A stretch of DNA of 64,000 nt, from the NCBI GenBank assembly GCA_963719085.1, contig CAVRAL010000004.1, positions 128,001-192,000 of the forward strand, in the 5' to 3' direction. Position 1 is the stretch's first letter. Each line of letters begins with the position of its first letter. The notes under the pieces were generated by a model that worked only from the letters and a program-made list of their open reading frames with translations, did not search any database and was not told the DNA's origin. Made by a program: the position numbers and the translations under genes. Below are positions 1 to 9,477 of this stretch, piece after piece. The DNA is from a candidate division FCPU426 bacterium (GTDB taxonomy: Bacteria; Oederibacteriota; Muellerivitia; Muellerivitales; Muellerivitaceae).

Positions 1-1321
1 CCTTGCAAGGGTAAGCGCCGAGCCGCATGGTGCCGCCCAACCCCTGGATCTTGAGCTGATCCTCCATCATGGAGATGACTTCATCGGGGGTCTTTTGATT
101 GAACTCGCCGCTGTTGGCCTGTTTCAAGCCCAGCACATTGCGGGAGAACTCAATGACCGCGCATTGCATTCCCAGGCAGATGCCGAAAAAGGGAATCTTC
201 TTCTCGCGCACATGCCGGATAACCGCGATCTTCCCCTCGATGCCCCGATCCCCGAACCCGCCCGGCACCAACACACCCGACACGCCCTTGAGCAGCGCCG
301 CCGCGCCGCGTTTTTCCACTTCCTCGGAATCCACCCAGCGCAGTTTTACCTTGGCTTGGTTGGGCACTCCCGCGTGGATGAAGGACTCGATGATGGACTT
401 GTAGGCGTCATGAAGTTCCACGTATTTTCCAGCGATGGCGATTTCCACTTCCTTGTGGGGATCATAAACCTGTTGGACGAACCGGCCCCACTGGCCCAGG
501 CTGGCCGAAGGGCTGGCTTTGAGCGCGAGTTTCTTCAAAAGATAATCGTCCAAATCCTGCTCGTTGAACAGCAGAGGGACCTCATAAATGGAGTTGGCGT
601 CCAGCGCCTCAAAAACCGCCTCTGTCTCGACGTTGCAAAAAAGCGAAATCTTATTTTTGATGTCCTCGCCCAAGGGACGGGCCGTACGGCAAAGGATCAC
701 ATCGGCCTGGATCCCGATCGCCCGAAGCTCCGCAACCGTTTTCTGGGTGGGTTTAGTCTTGAGCTCGCCCGAAGCGTCAATATAAGGAACCAAGGTCACA
801 TGGATATTGATGGCGTTGTCCTTGCCCACGTCGAACTTGAATTGCCGGATGGCTTCCAAAAACGGAAGGCTTTCGATGTCCCCGACCGTTCCACCCACCT
901 CCACGATGCAAACGTCGATCTTCTGGTCTTGGGTGATCTTGAGGATGGATTCCTTAATCTCGTTGGTGATGTGGGGCACCACCTGCACGGTCTTGCCCAA
1001 ATAATCGCCCTTGCGTTCTTTGGTGATGACCGCGTTGTAAATTTTGCCGCTGGTCACGCTGCTGTTGCGGGTCAGTTTGCCCGAGAGGAACCGCTCGTAA
1101 TGGCCCAAGTCCAGGTCCGTCTCCGCGCCGTCTTCCAACACAAACACTTCCCCGTGCTGGTAGGGGCTCATGGTGCCCGGGTCCACGTTTAAGTAAGGAT
1201 CGAACTTGGCGATGGTCACCTTCAAGCCCCGGCTTTCCAGCAAGCGCCCGATGGAGGCCGACGCGATGCCCTTGCCCAGGGATGAAACCACGCCGCCGGT
1301 CACAAAAATATATTTAGTCAC
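1..1321 (-). CDS. pyrG: CTP synthase (3' part runs off the left edge of the window)
   Basis: Not in the ORF track because it is truncated. Reverse complement from GTG at 1321 reads [18 protein letters not shown]...[23 protein letters not shown]...[11 protein letters not shown]; preceded by GGAGG. Confidence 0.97.
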   Translation of the reverse strand, partial: MTKYIFVTGGVVSSLGKGIASASIGRLLESRGLKVTIAKFDPYLNVDPGTMSPYQHGEVFVLEDGAETDLDLGHYERFLSGKLTRNSSVTSGKIYNAVITKERKGDYLGKTVQVVPHITNEIKESILKITQDQKIDVCIVEVGGTVGDIESLPFLEAIRQFKFDVGKDNAINIHVTLVPYIDASGELKTKPTQKTVAELRAIGIQADVILCRTARPLGEDIKNKISLFCNVETEAVFEALDANSIYEVPLLFNEQDLDDYLLKKLALKASPSASLGQWGRFVQQVYDPHKEVEIAIAGKYVELHDAYKSIIESFIHAGVPNQAKVKLRWVDSEEVEKRGAAALLKGVSGVLVPGGFGDRGIEGKIAVIRHVREKKIPFFGICLGMQCAVIEFSRNVLGLKQANSGEFNQKTPDEVISMMEDQLKIQGLGGTMRLGAYPCK

Positions 1322-1356
1322 TCACGCCTCCCTAAAATTAAACCAACAAAACATCC

Positions 1357-1450
1357 CACGCAAAGACGCCAAGACGCAAAGGTGGGATAAGTCTTTAAAA
1401 ACACAACTGATTCGATATTGACTTTCTTGGCGTCTTAGCGTCTTTGCGTG
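1357..1450. repeat. REP-like inverted repeat built from 8-bp ACGC(A/C)AAG units
   Basis: cacgcaaagacgccaagacgcaaag (1357-1381) pairs with cttggcgtcttagcgtctttgcgtg (1426-1450), 2 mismatches in 25, around an AT-rich spacer. Confidence 0.8.
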
Positions 1451-1454
1451 CGCC

Positions 1455-2186
1455 TTAAATTTGCCTCAAATGCTTTTCAACCTTCTTCACGTCCGCCGGC
1501 ACATCCACCGCGATCGAATCCACCTTCTTAATCGCCGCCCGTAAAAAGACACCGTTTTCCATGGCCCGCAGTTGCTCCAGCTTTTCGGTCAACTCTAAGG
1601 GCGTGGGCTTTAAAGCCGCCATCTTTTGAAGCCAAGCCGGGCGGTAACCGTAAAGACCCATATGCTTATAAAAGAGAGGCACTCCGCCGTCCCTTAAATG
1701 AGGGATCGGCGAACGGGAAAAATAAAGCACGTCTCCCTTGGGCGTTAAAACCGCCTTCACCACGTTGGGATCCAGCCAATCTTTTTTATCCCGCGAGGGG
1801 ATGACCACGGTGGACATGAGCACCTTCGGGTCTTTTTGCAAAACCTCCACCGCCGCGTCAATGGCCGAGGGCGCGATGACCGGTTCGTCGCCTTGGATGT
1901 TCACCACGATATCCACGCTTTTCCCCCGCACCGCGCGGGCGATACGATCGGTTCCCGATTTGCAGGAAGCCGGCGTCATAACCGCCTTGGCCCCCGCTTG
2001 CTCAACCGCTTGGGCGATACGCTTATCGTCCGTGGCCACCCAGACTTCGGTCAGCTTCTTGGCTTTTTGCGCTTGGCGGATCACCCGCACCACCATGGGC
2101 ACCCCGGCGATCAAGGCCAATGGCTTGCCCGGAAATCTTTGCGCCGCGTAGCGGGAGGGTATGACACCGACGATTTTACTTGGCAT
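1455..2186 (-). CDS. kdsB: 3-deoxy-manno-octulosonate (Kdo) cytidylyltransferase
   Basis: IPSRYAAQRFPGKPL, SGTDR, NIQGDEP, YFSRSPIP, HMGLYGYR, EKLEQLR motifs; start reset to ATG 2186 (MPSKIVG). Confidence 0.95.
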   Translation of the reverse strand: MPSKIVGVIPSRYAAQRFPGKPLALIAGVPMVVRVIRQAQKAKKLTEVWVATDDKRIAQAVEQAGAKAVMTPASCKSGTDRIARAVRGKSVDIVVNIQGDEPVIAPSAIDAAVEVLQKDPKVLMSTVVIPSRDKKDWLDPNVVKAVLTPKGDVLYFSRSPIPHLRDGGVPLFYKHMGLYGYRPAWLQKMAALKPTPLELTEKLEQLRAMENGVFLRAAIKKVDSIAVDVPADVKKVEKHLRQI

Positions 2187-2655
2187 AACGTTCCCGCACG
2201 ATCTCAATGAGATTGGTGGTGGAGCGCCCTGGAACAACGGGGATATTGGTGACTTTCCCGCCCCAGGACTCCACCAAGTCGCCGCCCACAATCTTATCCA
2301 CGGCCCAGTCGCCGCCCTTGACCAAAATATCCGGGCGCAATAGTTTGACCGCCTCAAAAGGCGTGTCTTCCTCGAAAAAGGTGACGTAATCCACGCAAAC
2401 CAGCGCCAAGAGCATCTCGGCGCGCTCGTCTAAAGGAAGCAGGGGCTTCAAGGGGCCTTTGATGCGTTTGACCGAAGCGTCGCTGTTGAGGGCCACCACC
2501 AGTACATCGCCCAAATCCCGGGCTTTTTGCAGATAAGTGACGTGGCCTAAATGCAAAAGATCGAAAACACCGTTGGTGAAGACGACTTTTTTGCCTTGGT
2601 TTTGAAGGTTTTTAAGGATCGGCGCTAACTGCTGGGGAGGTAAAAAATTTTCCAA
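2176..2655 (-). CDS. rfaE2: D-glycero-beta-D-manno-heptose 1-phosphate nucleotidyltransferase (stand-alone HldC/RfaE domain II), copy 1
   Basis: FTNGVFDLLHLGHV, LNSDASV, LVKGGDW, GRSTT; TTG 2655 chosen because the longer ORF overlaps the promoter. Confidence 0.9.
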   Translation of the reverse strand: MENFLPPQQLAPILKNLQNQGKKVVFTNGVFDLLHLGHVTYLQKARDLGDVLVVALNSDASVKRIKGPLKPLLPLDERAEMLLALVCVDYVTFFEEDTPFEAVKLLRPDILVKGGDWAVDKIVGGDLVESWGGKVTNIPVVPGRSTTNLIEIVRERYAK

Positions 2656-2683
2656 AGGGCGTCTACCTTGCTTAGGATGCGTA

Positions 2684-2712
2684 ATTATAGGGAAAGCTCC
2701 CCACCCTGGCAA
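2684..2712 (-). promoter_or_regulatory. sigma70-type promoter for rfaE2-kdsB-pyrG
   Basis: Minus strand TTGCCA-N17-TATAAT, near consensus. Confidence 0.75.
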
Positions 2713-2739
2713 GGATAAGAAAAAAAAGAAAACCCTTAG

Positions 2740-3879
2740 TTAATCGGCGCTCTTCAAAATAAGTTTCACGACCTGCGGCGGGCAAAGGGTTCTCAAGGGC
2801 GGATAACCGCCGATGCCCCGGTGGATAAAAAGGGTCTGCTTTCCCTCGCGGATGAAACCACCGGCGTACTTCCGCCCCTCGTCCGACGGCACGACCAGGG
2901 GCCCGATGAAGGGAAAGCAAATCTGCCCGCCATGGCAATGCCCCGAGATTTGAAAATGCGCCCCGGTTTTTTTCGCCAAATAAAAATGATCCGGCTGGTG
3001 GGCCAAAAGAATTTTGGCGTCGCCTTTGGCTTTTAACACCCCGCCCACATCCTTGTTTCCCGTCCACTTGTCGTCCACACCCATCAAGGCCAGGCTTTTG
3101 CCCTTTCGCTTAAGCGTCACCGTTTCATTGATCAAAACTCGCACCCCGTCTTTTTTTAAAACCCGAACCAGGGCCGGAGCGGCGGCCCAATGGTCATGGT
3201 TTCCCAAAACGGCGTACACGCCCAAAGGCGCTTTCAGTCCTTTAAATAGCTTGGCGATCAGCGGGACATCCTTAGCGAAAGAGATGAAGTCCCCGGTCAA
3301 AGCGTAAAGGTCGGGCTTTAGCTTTCGCGCCTCCCCCATCACGAAGCGTAAATATTCCGGATGCACGAATTTGCCCACATGGATGTCGGAAATCTGGGCA
3401 ATCGAAAGACCGTCCCATTCGCGCGGCCAACCGGGAAGCTTGACCTCGAACTGGATGACCTCCAGGTCATAAAGTTGGTTTTTAAACGGGGTTCGTTCCA
3501 GATAGGCGAAGGGGGCCGGCCAGCGAGAAGGACAGTTGGGAAAACGGCGGCTCAAAATTTTAAAATCAACCCGCTTTTTCCGGACCAACAACCACCAAGC
3601 GTGATCCATCCATAAAAGAAGAACCCAACCGGCCACCAGCCCCAAATAAAGCTGAACCAAAATCGGAAGGGCCGGAACGCTGGAAGCCCTAAAGTCCCAA
3701 ACGCCCGCCAAAAGGACGGAGGTCCCGCCTTGCGAGGTCAGGAAGAACAAGACCCAAAGAAATTCTTTCACCTGGCGGTGGGGCCGGATGCCGAAGCGGT
3801 TGACGAGGAAAATAAAAATTTGAAATTGGAAAAAAAGAAAAATCCAAATCAGCGGGCGTAAGAACAGGGTCGGTTCCAA
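2740..3879 (-). CDS. Membrane-anchored metallophosphoesterase (YkuE/YaeI-like)
   Basis: N-terminal TM helices; SDIH, GDF, GNHD, AHQPD, GHCHGGQ motifs. Confidence 0.88.
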   Translation of the reverse strand: MEPTLFLRPLIWIFLFFQFQIFIFLVNRFGIRPHRQVKEFLWVLFFLTSQGGTSVLLAGVWDFRASSVPALPILVQLYLGLVAGWVLLLWMDHAWWLLVRKKRVDFKILSRRFPNCPSRWPAPFAYLERTPFKNQLYDLEVIQFEVKLPGWPREWDGLSIAQISDIHVGKFVHPEYLRFVMGEARKLKPDLYALTGDFISFAKDVPLIAKLFKGLKAPLGVYAVLGNHDHWAAAPALVRVLKKDGVRVLINETVTLKRKGKSLALMGVDDKWTGNKDVGGVLKAKGDAKILLAHQPDHFYLAKKTGAHFQISGHCHGGQICFPFIGPLVVPSDEGRKYAGGFIREGKQTLFIHRGIGGYPPLRTLCPPQVVKLILKSAD

Positions 3880-3885
3880 AATCAG

Positions 3886-4902
3886 TTAACGGTGCAGGTC
3901 TTCCAAAAGCCGCTGGCTGAGCTCGTCGGCCGAGACCGTGGCCACGCCCAATTTCTCCACCTCAATGCCCGCCGCGTAGTTGGCCAGGGTAGCCGCCTGC
4001 AAAAGCGAGGCCCCCGCCGCCAGGGCCAGGGTCAGGGTGGCGATCACCGTGTCGCCGGCGCCGGAAACGTCATAAACTTCCCGGGCCACCGTGGGGATCG
4101 TGCGGGGCGGAAGTCCCGCCTCAAAAATGGTCATGCCATGCTCACTGCGGGTTAAAACCACCGACTTGGCGCCCAGCCGTTTCATCACCTTGAAACCGAT
4201 GGTCTCAAAAGTCTGGCCAACGGCCTCAGTCCCCAAAGCTTCGGTGACTTCTTTCATGTTGGGCTTCATCACCGTCACGCCCTTGAACTCGAAGAAATTA
4301 TGGAACTTGGGATCGACCGTGATAATTTTTTTATGGGATTTGGCGAAGGCCACGGTCTTGGCGATGACTTTGGAAGTCAAAAGGCCCTTGTTGTAATCCT
4401 CGAAAATGACCCCATCGGCGTCCGCGATGGAGTCGATGGCTTTGCGGATGACTTGGCTTTGTTGCTTCTCGTCCAACGGGGTTTTCACCTCGCGGTCGAT
4501 GCGCACGACTTGCTGGGTATTGGCGATGACGCGGGTTTTTTCCGTGGTGGGACGGTCGGCCAGCGCCAGCATGCCTTTCGTGTCCACTTTCCGGCGTTTT
4601 AACTGCTGGACCAATTCCCGACCCGCCAGGTCCCGCCCCATCACGCCGATGATGGACGACTTGCCGCCCAAGGCGGTGATGTTGCAGGCCACGTTGGCGG
4701 CTCCGCCCGGCATCTTTTTGTCTTTTTCATTGATCTCCACCACCGGAATGGGGGCCTCCGGCGAAATACGGGCCACCGATCCCTTCATATACACGTCCAA
4801 CATCACATCCCCGACAACGACAATTTTTTTATTTTGAAGCTCGCCGATCAAGGACAGCAGTTCGGACGGGTCGACCGCTGAGAGAATATTTTTATTTTTC
4901 AT
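3886..4902 (-). CDS. rfaE1: D-glycero-beta-D-manno-heptose 7-phosphate kinase (stand-alone HldA/RfaE domain I), copy 1
   Basis: VGDVMLD, RISPEAPIPV, PGGAANVA, DYNKG, VYDVSGAGDTV. Confidence 0.92.
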   Translation of the reverse strand: MKNKNILSAVDPSELLSLIGELQNKKIVVVGDVMLDVYMKGSVARISPEAPIPVVEINEKDKKMPGGAANVACNITALGGKSSIIGVMGRDLAGRELVQQLKRRKVDTKGMLALADRPTTEKTRVIANTQQVVRIDREVKTPLDEKQQSQVIRKAIDSIADADGVIFEDYNKGLLTSKVIAKTVAFAKSHKKIITVDPKFHNFFEFKGVTVMKPNMKEVTEALGTEAVGQTFETIGFKVMKRLGAKSVVLTRSEHGMTIFEAGLPPRTIPTVAREVYDVSGAGDTVIATLTLALAAGASLLQAATLANYAAGIEVEKLGVATVSADELSQRLLEDLHR

Positions 4903-4931
4903 GGACTTGGATTTTTCCGTTTCCGGGCGTT

Positions 4932-5501
4932 TCAGGGAAACAACGCCGATTCAACCAGCTCGCAAAAGATATGGCCGATCAACATGTGGGATTCCTGGAT
5001 GCGGTCCGTGTCTTTGGCCGGGACAATGATGCTCATGTCCGCTTCCTTGGCGATCTTGCCGCCATCGCGGCCCAATAAAGCCACCGTCGTGACCCCGTTT
5101 TTTTTAGCGGCCAGAATACCTTTATAGACGTTCTCCGAATTACCCGAGGTGGAAATTCCCACCGCCACATCGCCGGGAAAGCACAACCCCTCGATTTGAT
5201 GCGAGTAAACTTGATCATAACCATAGTCATTGCCCAGGGCCGTCAAGGTTGAGGTGTTGGTATGAAGGGCCAGGGCCAAAACCGCCTTCCGGCGCTTGCG
5301 GTAATCCCCCACCAGTTCGGCCGCCATATGCTGGGCGTCGGCCGCGCTGCCGCCATTGCCGAAAAAAACCGCCTTATGCCCTTTCAAATAACATTCCACC
5401 AGGGCCTTCGCGGCTTTTTCAATCTCCGGAAGGCACTTGGCCAGCAAGTTCTGCTTGGCTTGGATGCTTTCTTCGATGCGGCCTCGAATTTTGTCGATCA
5501 C
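4932..5501 (-). CDS. gmhA: Sedoheptulose 7-phosphate isomerase
   Basis: GNGGSAADAQH, GNDYG, ISTSGNS, RIQESH; GTG start with GGAGG. Confidence 0.95.
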   Translation of the reverse strand: MIDKIRGRIEESIQAKQNLLAKCLPEIEKAAKALVECYLKGHKAVFFGNGGSAADAQHMAAELVGDYRKRRKAVLALALHTNTSTLTALGNDYGYDQVYSHQIEGLCFPGDVAVGISTSGNSENVYKGILAAKKNGVTTVALLGRDGGKIAKEADMSIIVPAKDTDRIQESHMLIGHIFCELVESALFP

Positions 5502-5555
5502 GAAAAACCCTCCGTTTTAGCGAATGCGGGACTAGGGTAAGCCAAACGCCGTATC

Positions 5556-6773
5556 TTAACGCCGGAGCCCCTTTTTATCCAAGCGCCCGCCTGAAAAAAG
5601 GGCCGGGAACGCCCCGCCGCCTTCTTTCCAGGCCAAATAAAGCATCAAGAAATAGCAGGTGCCGATGAGCAGGAAATAAAACTCGAACGAAAATTTCCCA
5701 GCCCAAGTCAGGGCGTAAACCCATCCCAAGGCCCAAAGACGCGGTCCCCAAGGCCCCGTCTTCTCCCATAGGAAGTATCGAGTCAGGATCAAGACCGCCG
5801 GAAAAAGCGCGGCCAGATGGTGGGTCTCGCTCACGGGGGTCAGCCAAGGCGCCAGGGCCAGGTAGGCTGAAAAAAGGAGGACCTGGAATTTTAAGGAAGG
5901 TTTTTTCACCGTCAGTTGAAGCAGGGCGGGAAGGACCAGGACCGGAAGGTCCGTGGCCAGGGACAACCCCGTTCCTTGGAGGAAGGGCAGGGCCGCGTGC
6001 AGATAATTCTTGAGCTGGAAGTTGCCCCCGGGCGGCAACGGCGGGGACGCGAAGGAAGGCAGGACATAATTGAAAAAATAATCATGGTAGTACCCGAAAA
6101 TCGCGGTCCCGCCGAAGAGGGCGGGCAGGGCAAAAAGGAAAAGGGGCGTGAAAAAAACCATCCAAGCCAAGGTTTTCCATTCCCGCCGGAAAACCAAATA
6201 GGCCGCCAGGATGATCGGGGTGCATTTAAAGGCCACCGCCGCCGCCAGGAAGGCGCCCGCCGCCGCCGGCCTTTTTTGGTTGAGGGACTTGAAAAAAAGC
6301 AGGCAAAGCGCCAGGACGGCCAAGTTCACCTGGCCGTTGACGAAATTATTCTGGATGAGGTTCATCAGCGCGAAAAAGAAAAGGATGAAGACCGCGCGCG
6401 AATCCCGTTCCTTCGCCCGGGAATCGTAGGCCTCCAGCGTCCAGCGCGCCGAGAACCAAAGACAGGCCGCGCCTAAAAGAAACCAAAGCAGGTTGGCCAG
6501 CCCGTAGGGCAGCCACGCGAGGGGCAGGAGCAGGACGCAGATGAAAAGCGGATAGGTCAGCGGGAAAGGCGTGGGGAGCGAATAGGGGTTTATTCCCGAA
6601 ACAAGGGCCCGGGCCGCTTCCAAGCGGGGCGTGAAATCATAACCCTCCGGCCGATAGGCCCGGTGAAAAGCCTGAACCAAAAAGACCAGCAGGACCAGGA
6701 CGCCGAGCGCCTCTAATAGCCGAAGCGTTCGCGGGGCGGAAAAGGGTTTGGCGGGGACCTTGGATCGTCTCAC
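5556..6773 (-). CDS. GT87/DUF2029-like integral membrane glycosyltransferase (GT-C fold)
   Basis: GYDF..., NPY...TYP, NFVNGQVN, AFKCTP, ETHH motifs and many TM helices; GTG 6773 inferred from promoter geometry (alternative ATG 6797). Confidence 0.75.
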   Translation of the reverse strand: MRRSKVPAKPFSAPRTLRLLEALGVLVLLVFLVQAFHRAYRPEGYDFTPRLEAARALVSGINPYSLPTPFPLTYPLFICVLLLPLAWLPYGLANLLWFLLGAACLWFSARWTLEAYDSRAKERDSRAVFILFFFALMNLIQNNFVNGQVNLAVLALCLLFFKSLNQKRPAAAGAFLAAAVAFKCTPIILAAYLVFRREWKTLAWMVFFTPLFLFALPALFGGTAIFGYYHDYFFNYVLPSFASPPLPPGGNFQLKNYLHAALPFLQGTGLSLATDLPVLVLPALLQLTVKKPSLKFQVLLFSAYLALAPWLTPVSETHHLAALFPAVLILTRYFLWEKTGPWGPRLWALGWVYALTWAGKFSFEFYFLLIGTCYFLMLYLAWKEGGGAFPALFSGGRLDKKGLRR

Positions 6774-6779
6774 CGGGCG

Positions 6780-6816
6780 AATATAACTTGAAAACATTCC
6801 GGGTGTCAAATAACAT
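6780..6816. promoter_or_regulatory. Overlapping divergent sigma70 promoters
   Basis: Plus strand TTGAAA(6788)-N17-TAACAT; minus strand TTGACA(6809)-N18-TATATT. Confidence 0.65.
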
Positions 6817-6825
6817 GGCGTCGCC

Positions 6826-8190
6826 ATGAAAAGACACTCGGCCGATTCCCGCGCTACCTTTTCAGGCAAAGCCGTCCTCCTGCTGGTTGCCGCGCTCGCC
6901 TTCCGCCTCTGGTTCGGCCTTTTCTCCGACAGCTGGTATCAGATCCAAATCTTCATCCTGGGCCTCAAATATTATTCCACCGGGGCTTGGCCCTATTTCG
7001 GCCCCAGCGTGGACCTGGGCATCCAATTGCCCGGCGCCCTGCAGGCCGTCTTGGTGGCCTGGCCCTGGCATCTTTGGCCCGCGCCCGAGGCTCCCATTAT
7101 CTTGCTGGGCCTCTTGTCCTTCGGGGGAATCTGCCTGCTCGCCTGGTACATTTCCAAACGGCTCCCCCAATTCCCCCGCCTCCTGCTGTGGGGCTGGCTC
7201 CTGACTTCGCCTTGGACGCTGGATTGGTCCACCCAGATGGACAACGATTCCTACATGCTGTTCGGCGGCTGCCTCTTTTTCGTGGGATTCCTGGAGACTG
7301 TCCCGGCCTTGCGCCTGGGGGTGATCCCGGCGCCCGCGTGCGATTTCATGATGGGCTTCGCTTTTTTTTGGTGCGTTCAGCTGCACATGTCCTTCGTGCT
7401 TTTGGGACCCTTCCTGGCGGTCTCTTTCTTCTTCCAATGCAAGGAAGGCGGTTGGAAGGGATTCTCCCAGTCGTTGGGTTTCGGTTTTTTGGGGGCCCTT
7501 CTTCCCTTGAGCCTGCTGATCCCCACCTATCTGCATTACGGCCTGTTGGCGGGCTCGGGCAACATTCACCATTCGGCCAGACTGAATCCGGAAAACCTGC
7601 TGAGCTTTTTCACCCTGTTGGCCCGGTTCCTATCCCTGGCCTGCTGTGAAGTGGCCCGCTACGCCGGCGCCCATACGGCCGACCGGGTGGCTTTTCTCAA
7701 AGCCTATCCCTGGGCCGCGCCCTTCACCCTTGTCGCCTTTCTATTGGGAATCGTCCAGGCCCTGTGGCTGCTGACGGGATGGGTCCGGGGTTCCCTGCCC
7801 GCCGGCCTGAAAAAAATACTGCCCGGACTCGCCAAGCCCCACCCCCAAAAAGATTGGAAGGCGGTCAAGTGGCTGGCGCTCTTGACCTTTCTGTTGGTTT
7901 ACGCCAGCTTCCTTTTTTCCATCAAGCCGCCCGCCTCCCATACCTTTTATGTCACCCTGCCCGTGGTGATGCTTTACGGTTTTTACGTCTTCGCTCCCAC
8001 CGCGAAAGAGAAATGGTTCAAGGTCCTGGCTTGGGTCCTGCTGGTCTCCAACCTCGTCTTCCACACGGCCCTGGCCCTTTCCAATTACCAAACGCGCTCC
8101 ATCTACAAGAACCGGCCCCTGATGATCCAGGCCATCCAAACTCAAAACTATCATTTGTTGGGGGAGAGGCGGGAAGACACCATTTATTGA
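6826..8190 (+). CDS. Polytopic membrane protein, probable GT-C glycosyltransferase
   Basis: About 10 TM segments; WPYFGP...LPG, SPW...S, QLHMS pattern typical of ArnT/PMT-like proteins. Confidence 0.6.
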   Translation: MKRHSADSRATFSGKAVLLLVAALAFRLWFGLFSDSWYQIQIFILGLKYYSTGAWPYFGPSVDLGIQLPGALQAVLVAWPWHLWPAPEAPIILLGLLSFGGICLLAWYISKRLPQFPRLLLWGWLLTSPWTLDWSTQMDNDSYMLFGGCLFFVGFLETVPALRLGVIPAPACDFMMGFAFFWCVQLHMSFVLLGPFLAVSFFFQCKEGGWKGFSQSLGFGFLGALLPLSLLIPTYLHYGLLAGSGNIHHSARLNPENLLSFFTLLARFLSLACCEVARYAGAHTADRVAFLKAYPWAAPFTLVAFLLGIVQALWLLTGWVRGSLPAGLKKILPGLAKPHPQKDWKAVKWLALLTFLLVYASFLFSIKPPASHTFYVTLPVVMLYGFYVFAPTAKEKWFKVLAWVLLVSNLVFHTALALSNYQTRSIYKNRPLMIQAIQTQNYHLLGERREDTIY

Positions 8191-8221
8191 CGGACCGGCC
8201 GGGACATCCCCCGTCCCCCGC

Positions 8222-9346
8222 TCAATCCTGGGCCGCGCCTTTGAGTTCGGGAAGGGTCGCGTCCAAAAGATCGATGCTGATATTCCCCACCACGATGGCG
8301 CTTTCCACCTTGACCGGCATATGCCGGGCGTCATCGGTCACCCAAATCATGATGTCCTCTTTGTTGCGGAAGACCGTGCCCGACTTGACCTGGGGCCTAG
8401 CCTTGAGACAGTCAAAGGTTCCCGCGGGCACCGTCACCCGTTCCTTGCCCACCACGTCGATCAAAAGCTGGTAGTTCTTGCCGCCCGAGCAGGTAGGGAT
8501 GACGTAATGCCCCCCCTCTTTTATGTCCATCAGACGGAAATAATAAAAACAGGAGATGATGTCCTGGGTGAAGGCCGGCGTGAGGATGGTCTGCGGCGCG
8601 TCGCCATTGTGATGCCTCACGAGTTGGTGCTTGAGTTGGTCGTAAAACTCCTGGTTGCGGGCTTTGTAGTCCCCCTCATGGACGTCGTTCTCAAACTTCC
8701 AACTCAAAAAATCCACGGCGTCGAAATAACTGGTCTGGACATCCTGGACCGGATAAACCGCGCTGAAGGGAAAAGCCGAGTTGGCCAAGGCCGTCAGGGA
8801 CAGACAGGGCCGGCCTGAGACGGTCACCGGACCGCTCACTTGAAGGGTCGCGTAGCCTCCCAAAACCGACAGGACCCGCACCTCGAACTTCAAGCGCTCC
8901 CCGGGCGCGAAGGCCCGGTTGCCTTTGGGCCTCGGGCTAAAGGCAAGCGGAGCGGTGTCCAACCCGCCCGCTCCCGTCACTTGACCCTGCGTGGGCATGA
9001 AGATCGTCAGCCAGGTGCCCACCTTAAAAGGATGCTGGGGCGTGATCTGGTTGTCCAAAAGGATTTTGGAATAGGCCGCGCCCTTGCCGTAAAAATGCTT
9101 GGCCAAGCTCCAGGGGCTGTCCCCTTTTTTAACCTGGTATTTCGCCGCGGCGCCGCCCGCCTGGGTTTCGGGGGCGGCGGGCGGCGCGTTCTTCTCCATT
9201 TGGGCGGCCAAGGAAGGCTCGGTGGCGGGCGCTTGCCAGCCCGAAGGCACATACCGGGTTTCGCCGCTGGCCACGAAAAGAAGCGAACAGCCTTGGACGC
9301 CGAAACCCATAAAGACCAAAAAACCTAAGAATAAAACCTGTTTCAC
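8222..9346 (-). CDS. Lipoprotein with LysM and DUF3108-like domains
   Basis: Lipobox VQGC; YQVKKGDSPWSLAKHFYG LysM; FAPGERLKF...VTVPAGTFDC...WVTDD..HMPVK. Confidence 0.8.
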   Translation of the reverse strand: MKQVLFLGFLVFMGFGVQGCSLLFVASGETRYVPSGWQAPATEPSLAAQMEKNAPPAAPETQAGGAAAKYQVKKGDSPWSLAKHFYGKGAAYSKILLDNQITPQHPFKVGTWLTIFMPTQGQVTGAGGLDTAPLAFSPRPKGNRAFAPGERLKFEVRVLSVLGGYATLQVSGPVTVSGRPCLSLTALANSAFPFSAVYPVQDVQTSYFDAVDFLSWKFENDVHEGDYKARNQEFYDQLKHQLVRHHNGDAPQTILTPAFTQDIISCFYYFRLMDIKEGGHYVIPTCSGGKNYQLLIDVVGKERVTVPAGTFDCLKARPQVKSGTVFRNKEDIMIWVTDDARHMPVKVESAIVVGNISIDLLDATLPELKGAAQD

Positions 9347-9477
9347 CGCAAGCCCCCTTCGGGGGCCGCGAAGTCCACAAAGTTAAAAAATTTCATTTAA
9401 ACGAATCCAATCTTTCTTGGTGCTCTTTGCGGCTCTGTCGACTTGCGGTTTCAGGAGCCCGTGTTGGATTTGGTTTG

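Noticed and set aside
95..1192. 365-aa plus-strand ORF
   Set aside because: Antisense shadow of pyrG, which is clearly encoded on the minus strand.
9370..9395. Additional TAACTTTT ECF-like box upstream of the LysM-DUF3108 gene
   Set aside because: No CGT/GGT-type -10 element at 16-17 nt spacing.
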